Assembly (NCBI GenBank): GCA_044226625.1 | Contig: JBGAGQ010000074.1 | Location: 1-30,091 of the forward strand | DNA length: 30,091 nucleotides | DNA from: Thermoanaerobaculia bacterium | Lineage (GTDB): Bacteria > Acidobacteriota > Thermoanaerobaculia > Multivoradales > UBA5704 | Direction: 5' to 3' | The notes under the pieces: model-generated | The model's input: only the letters and a program-made list of their open reading frames with translations | What the model was told of the DNA's origin: nothing | Database searches by the model: none | Position numbers and translations under genes: made by a program | In this document: piece after piece, positions 24,385 to 30,091 of the stretch | How the letters are laid out: the number at the start of each line of letters is the position of its first letter | Position numbering within the stretch: the first letter of the stretch is position 1

Positions 24385-25113
24385 GTGCGCGAGACGACGT
24401 TTGAGCTCGACCAGTACCTGGAGATCGCCCCCGGTTACTACGACCAGGTGGTGCGACGCGGGCGGGGAATCCAGTGGTTTTGGCACCATCATCGGCTGCG
24501 CCTGGTCGAATCGAAGCTCCCGGCCGACTGCCGTAGCCTTCTCGACCTCGGCTGCGGCCCCGGGACGTTTCTCGGCCGGCTGCAGAGGCCGATGGAGCGC
24601 GCCCTCGGCATCGATCTCGCCGGACCGCAGATCGCCTATGCACGCGAGCATTACGCGCGGCCAGGGCTCGAGTTCCAGGTGGCCGACGTCCGTTCCGCCG
24701 GGATCGAAGGACGCTTCGACGCGGCCGTCAGCATCGAGGTGATCGAGCACCTGCCGCCGGCAGAGGTCGATGGTTTCCTCAGAGACGCCTACTCGGCGCT
24801 CCGCCCCGGAGGGCATCTGATCCTCTCGACGCCGAATGTACGGAGCCTCTGGCCGGTGCTCGAATGGATCGTGAGCGTCGTCGGCCCGGTCGATTACCGC
24901 AAGCAGCATCTCGGGCTGTTCGGCCGTAAGACCCTCGCCGAGGCGGTGCGGCGCGCGGGCTTCGAGCCGGTGTCGGTCGAAACCTATTTCGTCGCAGCGC
25001 CGTTCCTCGCGCCGCTCGGGAACGGTTTCGCGGCGCGGCTGCTCGAGCTCGAACGCCGCTTCCTCCCGCCGCTCGGGGCCGAGTTGCTGCTCGTCGCGCG
25101 GCGACCGCTGTGA
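24385..25113 (+). CDS. Class I SAM-dependent methyltransferase
   Basis: LLDLGCGPG motif I, GIDLA, FDAAVSIEVIEHL, LRPGGHLILSTPN. Confidence 0.92.
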   Translation: MRETTFELDQYLEIAPGYYDQVVRRGRGIQWFWHHHRLRLVESKLPADCRSLLDLGCGPGTFLGRLQRPMERALGIDLAGPQIAYAREHYARPGLEFQVADVRSAGIEGRFDAAVSIEVIEHLPPAEVDGFLRDAYSALRPGGHLILSTPNVRSLWPVLEWIVSVVGPVDYRKQHLGLFGRKTLAEAVRRAGFEPVSVETYFVAAPFLAPLGNGFAARLLELERRFLPPLGAELLLVARRPL

Positions 25114-26774
25114 CGCGGGAGCGCCACCACGGGCCGCCGTCGGGCGAGCCGAACCGCCGGCAGGCCGCGCTTCCGAGCCCCGGGTGGCTCCCGGCCGCGC
25201 TCACGATCGCGTTTTTCGCCGCGGGAGCGGCGATCCGTTTCGCGATCATCTTTCCGGTCACCAAGTTCCAAGCCGACGCCGACTGCATCCAGACCGGCCT
25301 GTGCGCGCTGCGCATCCTCGCGGGCGACCTCCAGGTCTTCTACAACGGCGTGCGGATCGGCGCGATCGAGTCGTATCTCCACGCGCTCGCCTTCCTGGCG
25401 CTCGGTCCAACCCGCCAAGCGATGGGTTTCGCTCCGTGGATCGCGAGCTCCCTCGGGATGGTCTTCACCTGGCTGTTCGTCCGCCGGCTCGCCGGGCCGA
25501 GAGCGGCTCTCTGGGGGCTCGCGCTCGTCGCGGTCCCTGCCCCGGCGTTCGTCTACTGGACCGTGCAGCCGAACGGCTATTCGGTCACCATGGCGCTCGC
25601 CGCGGCGACCCTTTGGCTCGCCGCTTGGGTGGCCGATGAGCCGGAGCGCCGCGGAGTGTGGTTCGGCTTCGGCTTGGTGGTCGGACTGTCATGGTGGGCG
25701 TCGCTCCAGACGCTCTGCACGACGCTCCCGGCGGCGGCCTGGCTCGCGTGGCGGCTCATGCGATCGAACCGAGGCGAGCCGACCCGGGCGCTGCTCCGGC
25801 GGACCGTGCCGCTCGCCGTACTCGCCCTCGCCGGATTCCTCGTCGGCGCCTCGCCGTGGATCGCCTTCAACGTCCGGCATCCGTTCGGCTCGTTCAACGG
25901 CGCCAACTCGGTCGCCCAGCCGGCGCGCGACCGCGAGGCGGTCGAGGACAATCTGTCGTTCCTCACCGGCTACAAGCTGCCGGAGCTGTTCGTCTCGACC
26001 GATCCCGAAGGGGGACCGAACCCACCCCGTCCGCTCACCCGCGCGCTCCACCAACCGGCGTCCGCGATCTACCTGATCGCCTTCGCCTGGTTTCTGATCC
26101 GCGGCGACCACGATGCCCCCGATGGAGGTGGCGGCACGAAGCGGCGGCGCGCGCTCGCCCTCCTGCTCCTCGCGACGACGATCGGCATCAACGTCCTCTC
26201 GGTGGCCGGCGCGAGCCGGGGCCTGACCGTGCGCTACGTGCTGCCGATCTACCTGCTCGCTCCGCTCGCCGTCGGGCTCTTCCTCGCCGCCCTGGCTCGC
26301 GCCCGGCCTCCGGCGACGGCCCTCGCCTCTGGCGCCTTGGTCGCGCTGCTCGGGGCGTTTTCAGCCTCGGTCTACTTCTGGCCGGGAAGCGTCATGCGCG
26401 AACGCCTGCACGTGGCGGCCTCGGGCGAATGGCAGACCCTCGCGCTGCTGCGGAAGAATGGCGTGGAGGTCGTGGTGGGCGACTACTGGCTCGTCTACCC
26501 GATCAACTTCGCTTCGCGGGAGTGGATTCGCGGCATCTCCTGCGACCGTCACGCCGACCTCTACCACTACGGAGACGGGCTCGCGAAAGCCCCCCAGCGA
26601 TTCGCGCTCCTCAACTACTCCCCGGACGCGGTGAAGGCCCAGGCGGCGCGCGCGGGGATCTCGGGCGAGGTCACGTTCCTCGCACCGAGCTACGCGGTGC
26701 TGATCGCCGACGCTCCCGCGAGCGACGCCACGCCGCAGGAGTTCATCGACAGGGTTTGCGGCAAGAGGTTCTAG
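25110..26774 (+). CDS. GT-C fold membrane glycosyltransferase (ArnT/PMT-like)
   Basis: About 11-12 hydrophobic segments. Acidic DAD in the first external loop (FQADAD), RYVLP motif, soluble C-terminal domain with GDYW..YP. GTGA overlap with the methyltransferase stop. Confidence 0.75.
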   Translation: MTRERHHGPPSGEPNRRQAALPSPGWLPAALTIAFFAAGAAIRFAIIFPVTKFQADADCIQTGLCALRILAGDLQVFYNGVRIGAIESYLHALAFLALGPTRQAMGFAPWIASSLGMVFTWLFVRRLAGPRAALWGLALVAVPAPAFVYWTVQPNGYSVTMALAAATLWLAAWVADEPERRGVWFGFGLVVGLSWWASLQTLCTTLPAAAWLAWRLMRSNRGEPTRALLRRTVPLAVLALAGFLVGASPWIAFNVRHPFGSFNGANSVAQPARDREAVEDNLSFLTGYKLPELFVSTDPEGGPNPPRPLTRALHQPASAIYLIAFAWFLIRGDHDAPDGGGGTKRRRALALLLLATTIGINVLSVAGASRGLTVRYVLPIYLLAPLAVGLFLAALARARPPATALASGALVALLGAFSASVYFWPGSVMRERLHVAASGEWQTLALLRKNGVEVVVGDYWLVYPINFASREWIRGISCDRHADLYHYGDGLAKAPQRFALLNYSPDAVKAQAARAGISGEVTFLAPSYAVLIADAPASDATPQEFIDRVCGKRF

Positions 26775-26778
26775 ATCG

Positions 26779-27174
26779 CTACGGCTCGTTCTCGATGCCG
26801 TCGGCGACGGGAGGACCGACGTCGGCATCCTCGGAAAGCGGCGCCGCGGTCAGCCCTTCGTCGAGCAGCTGACGAGCCTCGTCGAGGCGCTCGGCCGGCA
26901 CCTCGATCTGGACCGGCGTCATCGGGTTGAATCCAGCCGCGAACGGGAACAGCTCGCTCGCTTCCTCGCCTTCGGTCGCGAACGGGATGCCAGCCTCGGT
27001 GAGCATCTCCTCGGCCGCGGCGACCGCGGTGGGGTCGGTCGTCTCGAACGCGACATCGAGATCGGCCTCCGGCGCCTCGTCGCTCGGCGGCAGCGCGGCG
27101 ACCAGCGGAACTTGGCAGTCGGTACAGGTGGTATATCCCTCGCGATATTCGGTACGGCAGCTCGGGCAGAACAT
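26779..27174 (-). CDS. Zinc-ribbon DUF2007-like protein
   Basis: SD AAGGAG. MFCPSCRTEYREGYTTCTDCQVPLV; LTEAGIPF..IEVPAERLDEARQLL. Confidence 0.9.
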   Translation of the reverse strand: MFCPSCRTEYREGYTTCTDCQVPLVAALPPSDEAPEADLDVAFETTDPTAVAAAEEMLTEAGIPFATEGEEASELFPFAAGFNPMTPVQIEVPAERLDEARQLLDEGLTAAPLSEDADVGPPVADGIENEP

Positions 27175-27275
27175 GGGGAAGGGCTCCTTTCGAGAAGTCT
27201 CCGGAGCAAAGATACCTAGAGCGCCACGATCTTACCAGCGGGCGGACGATCCGAAATCGCGACAGAATGGAACCG

Positions 27276-27614
27276 ATGACCGAGATCTCCTGGAGCGACT
27301 TCGAGCGGGTTGACCTGCGCGTCGGTACGATCGTGCGGGCCGAGCCGTTCCCCGAGGCGAAGAAGCCGGCGATCCGGCTCTGGGTCGATTTCGGCGCGCC
27401 GCTCGGGATCAAGCCGTCGAGCGCGCAGATCACCGTCCTCTACCGGCCGGAGGAGCTGATCGGCCACCAGGTGCTCGCGGTGGTGAACTTCCCGCCCAAG
27501 CGGATCGGCCCCTTCGTCTCCGAGGTCTTGGTCACCGGCTTCGAGCGCGAAGACGGCGCGATCGTCCTCGCCCGCCCGGATTTCCCGGTTCCGAACGGGC
27601 GACGCCTGGTTTAG
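27276..27614 (+). CDS. csaA: CsaA export chaperone / tRNA-binding OB-fold protein
   Basis: ISWSDFERVDLRVGTI, SSAQIT, AVVNFPPKRIGPFVSEVLVTGF, VPNG. In-frame ATGs at 27267 and 27276. Confidence 0.92.
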   Translation: MTEISWSDFERVDLRVGTIVRAEPFPEAKKPAIRLWVDFGAPLGIKPSSAQITVLYRPEELIGHQVLAVVNFPPKRIGPFVSEVLVTGFEREDGAIVLARPDFPVPNGRRLV

Positions 27615-27624
27615 GTCGAAGACC

Positions 27625-28311
27625 TTAGACCTCGACGTCGATGACCACCGGCCGGTGATCGCTCCACTGCCGCCAGCCGGCGAAGTCTCCGACTTCGGCG
27701 TGGCGCAGCCGGCCGAGCCAGGTCTTCGGCAGGAAGCAGTAGTCGAGGTGATACGGACGGTTTTCGTTCCACTGGAAGTAGAAGGTGGGCCGGGTCTCCT
27801 GGCCGTGCTCCTCGCCGAAGTAGGAGTGGTAGCCGCTTTCGAGACCGAGCTTCGCGAGCTCGCGGACCAGGGCGCCGTGGTCCTTGGCTCCGGGGCGCTT
27901 CTTGTCCCAGAAGGAATTCGAGTTGAAATCTCCCGCGATCACGGTAGGCCGCGCACGGATCCGACGGCGATAGATCTCGATCGCGCGGTGAAGGCCCCGG
28001 ACGTACGGATAGTCGGGGTTCTGCAAGGCCCAAACGGCAAGGAGCTGGAACTCGACCGGGCCGGTCACCTCGAGCGGGATGCACCAGCGGGGCACGCCGG
28101 GATTTCTGCGCGCGGCGCGGACCGAAAAGCCATTCCGCGCGATCACCGCGATCCCTTTTCGCGGATCGTCGCCGAACCAGAGGCTGTCGAGCCCGGGCGC
28201 CTTCGGGCGTGCGCACTCTTGCAGGACCGCGAGGTCGGGCGCGAGTGCCTCGATCGGCGGCCTCTTCCGCTCGAGGTCCCCACGGCAGCAGTTCCAGGTC
28301 ACGATCCGCAT
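27625..28311 (-). CDS. Endonuclease/exonuclease/phosphatase (EEP) family protein
   Basis: IVTWN, DLAVLQE, IAGDFN, YHLDY, SDHRPV. Confidence 0.92.
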   Translation of the reverse strand: MRIVTWNCCRGDLERKRPPIEALAPDLAVLQECARPKAPGLDSLWFGDDPRKGIAVIARNGFSVRAARRNPGVPRWCIPLEVTGPVEFQLLAVWALQNPDYPYVRGLHRAIEIYRRRIRARPTVIAGDFNSNSFWDKKRPGAKDHGALVRELAKLGLESGYHSYFGEEHGQETRPTFYFQWNENRPYHLDYCFLPKTWLGRLRHAEVGDFAGWRQWSDHRPVVIDVEV

Positions 28312-28360
28312 CTCCGCGCCGGATCATGTCCCGGAACTCCGAAAAACGAGCGTCGTTCCT

Positions 28361-30091
28361 CTACTCCGCCCGCAGCGCCTCGGCGGGATCGACTTTCGAG
28401 GCGCGCCGCGCGGGGCCGTCGGCGGCGAGCAAGGCGACCGCAAACAGGACGAGCGCCGCGAGGGCGAACGCGGACAGGTCGCCCGCTCCACTTTCGAACA
28501 GGAGGCCGGAGATCGCGCGGCGAAGCGCGAGCCCGCCGCCGAGCCCGAGCGCGATTCCGATCAGGGCGAGGAACGCCCCGCGGGAGATCGACCGGTAGAG
28601 GATCGTCCGCGGGGTGGCGCCGAGGGCGAGGCGGACGCCGAGCTCGCGCCGCCGCGCCTCGACGTCGGTCGACAGGACGCCATAGAGACCGAGCGCCGCG
28701 AGCAGGAGGGCGACGAGAGAGAAGCCTCCCGCGAGCGAGGCGGTGGTGCGCGGCGCTGCGTAGGCCTGATGAAGGGAAGCGTCCATGGTCTGGAGCTGGT
28801 CGATCACTTGGTTCGGCACCACCCGATGCACGGCGGCGCGCGCCTCGTCCGCGAGGTCTTCAGGGCGACCGGAGGCGCGGACGACGAAGTTGCCGATCGC
28901 CCAAAGGGTGTCCTCGTACACGGTGAACACCTCGGGGGGCGCCGCCTTCTGCGTCGTCTCCTGCCGAAGGTCGCCCACCACGCCGACGATCCGGTACGGG
29001 TGCCCGTCGAGTGCGAGGCTCTCGCCCACCGCGGCCTGCGGAGCTTCGCCGAAGAAGCGACGGGCGAACGCCCGGTTGACCACCGCCTCCTGTCCTGCGC
29101 TCCGGGCACCGAGGGGAGAGCCGGCGAGGAGCGGAGTGCCAACCGTTTCGAAATACCCGGCGCTCACGGCGCGCCGGGAGATCGGGGCCGTCTTCGCCCC
29201 TTGGGCGAAGGTTCGGCCGGGGAGCGCCAGCTCGCCCCCCTGGCTCTCCCCTTCGAACGGCAGCCGGTCGGCGAAGGCCGCGGACCGGGCTCCGGGCAGC
29301 GAGCCGAGCTCCTGGATCAGGTCGCGATAGGTGGCGTTGAGCTTCTCCGGACCGGTATCCCACGGGAACGCGATCCGCAGCGTGAGCAGGCGGTCCGGCG
29401 CGAACCCGAGGGGCACCGCGCGGAGGCGGAGGAGAGTCTGCGCGGTGAGACCCGCGCCGATCAGCAGAACGAGCGAGAGGGCGAGCTCGACCACGACGAG
29501 ACTCGAACGGAGGAGCCCCCCCTCCCGATCTCCGACCGTCCGGCCGCGCAGGCCGGCGAACGACGAGCGGCGCGCCACGCGCCAGGCGGGCAGGGCACCG
29601 ACCAAGAGGCCGCAGAGGAGCGTGAGACCGAGCGCGAGCGCAACCGTGACGCCGTCGAGGCCCCCCTCGGCGAGCAGCAGGACGTTCGGCAGATCCGCCG
29701 GGAGCCGCGTGGCGAGCAGCCGGACGAGCGGCAAGGCGATCCCCACGCCGAGCGCGCCGCCGACGGAGGCGAGCACGAGGCTTTCGGAAAGCGAGCTCTG
29801 GAGCAGGGTCCCCCGCCCGGCGCCCAGGGCGGCGCGGATCGAGCCCTCGCGGATCGCCTGCGGCGCCCGGGCGAGCAATAGGCAGGCGAGATTGACGCAG
29901 ACGATCAGCAGGACGAACCCGGCGGTCGCGAGCACCATCCAGAGCCGGCCGGAGAGCGGCGTGCCGACGAGCTCGTCGGCCGCCGGCAAGAGCGCGAGGG
30001 CGAGGCCGGCGTCGGTCTCGGCGTGATCGCGCGCCATCCGCGCGGCGAGGCCAGAGAACGCCGCACGGGCCTCCGGGAGCGTGACACCCGG
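28361..30091 (-). CDS. ABC transporter permease, ADOP/MacB-FtsX duplicated type; start lies beyond the right edge
   Basis: Frame open to 30091 (PGVTLPEARA..). VLLIVCVNLACLLLAR, IRAALGA, LVVVELALSLVLLIGAGL, GLYGVLS..RRRELGVRLALGA, PARRASKVDPAEALRAE. Confidence 0.95.
   Translation of the reverse strand, partial: PGVTLPEARAAFSGLAARMARDHAETDAGLALALLPAADELVGTPLSGRLWMVLATAGFVLLIVCVNLACLLLARAPQAIREGSIRAALGAGRGTLLQSSLSESLVLASVGGALGVGIALPLVRLLATRLPADLPNVLLLAEGGLDGVTVALALGLTLLCGLLVGALPAWRVARRSSFAGLRGRTVGDREGGLLRSSLVVVELALSLVLLIGAGLTAQTLLRLRAVPLGFAPDRLLTLRIAFPWDTGPEKLNATYRDLIQELGSLPGARSAAFADRLPFEGESQGGELALPGRTFAQGAKTAPISRRAVSAGYFETVGTPLLAGSPLGARSAGQEAVVNRAFARRFFGEAPQAAVGESLALDGHPYRIVGVVGDLRQETTQKAAPPEVFTVYEDTLWAIGNFVVRASGRPEDLADEARAAVHRVVPNQVIDQLQTMDASLHQAYAAPRTTASLAGGFSLVALLLAALGLYGVLSTDVEARRRELGVRLALGATPRTILYRSISRGAFLALIGIALGLGGGLALRRAISGLLFESGAGDLSAFALAALVLFAVALLAADGPARRASKVDPAEALRAE

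Noticed and set aside
27655-29881. 423-aa and 600-aa plus-strand ORFs
   Set aside because: Antisense shadows of the EEP and ADOP permease genes.
1-30091. tRNA, rRNA, intact transposase, integrase or prophage genes
   Set aside because: None recognised by eye; a tRNAscan/Infernal run would be needed to exclude small RNAs.

Overview
High-GC bacterial window. Gene content (ADOP-type ABC permease, IPTL-CTERM surface protein, PCRxxDTR C-terminal domain, FAAL-started NRPS) suggests Acidobacteriota, probably Thermoanaerobaculia; this is inference. Left to right: the 5' part of a lipopeptide NRPS (FAAL-ACP-C-A, minus strand, runs off the left edge and is absent from the ORF track); a large IPTL-CTERM surface protein whose 5' end looks damaged; a degenerate 21-bp tandem array capped by a palindrome; a Met-rich exported protein and a cupredoxin/Calx-beta protein; two overlapping exported hydrolases; a zinc-ribbon/DUF2007-like protein; a MITE-like hairpin; an M19 dipeptidase; two cupins; a metallophosphoesterase; a decayed small-protein/nucleotidyltransferase (TA-like) pair; a Tat-lipoprotein tyrosinase with a downstream partner resembling its own C-terminal shielding domain; cydAB; a methyltransferase plus GT-C glycosyltransferase; a second DUF2007-like gene; csaA; an EEP-family enzyme; and a partial ADOP permease. 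The best candidates for new biology are the tyrosinase plus stand-alone shielding-domain pair under a palindrome-covered promoter, and the cupredoxin plus Met-rich protein pair. All family assignments come from reading motifs by eye; no database searches were run.
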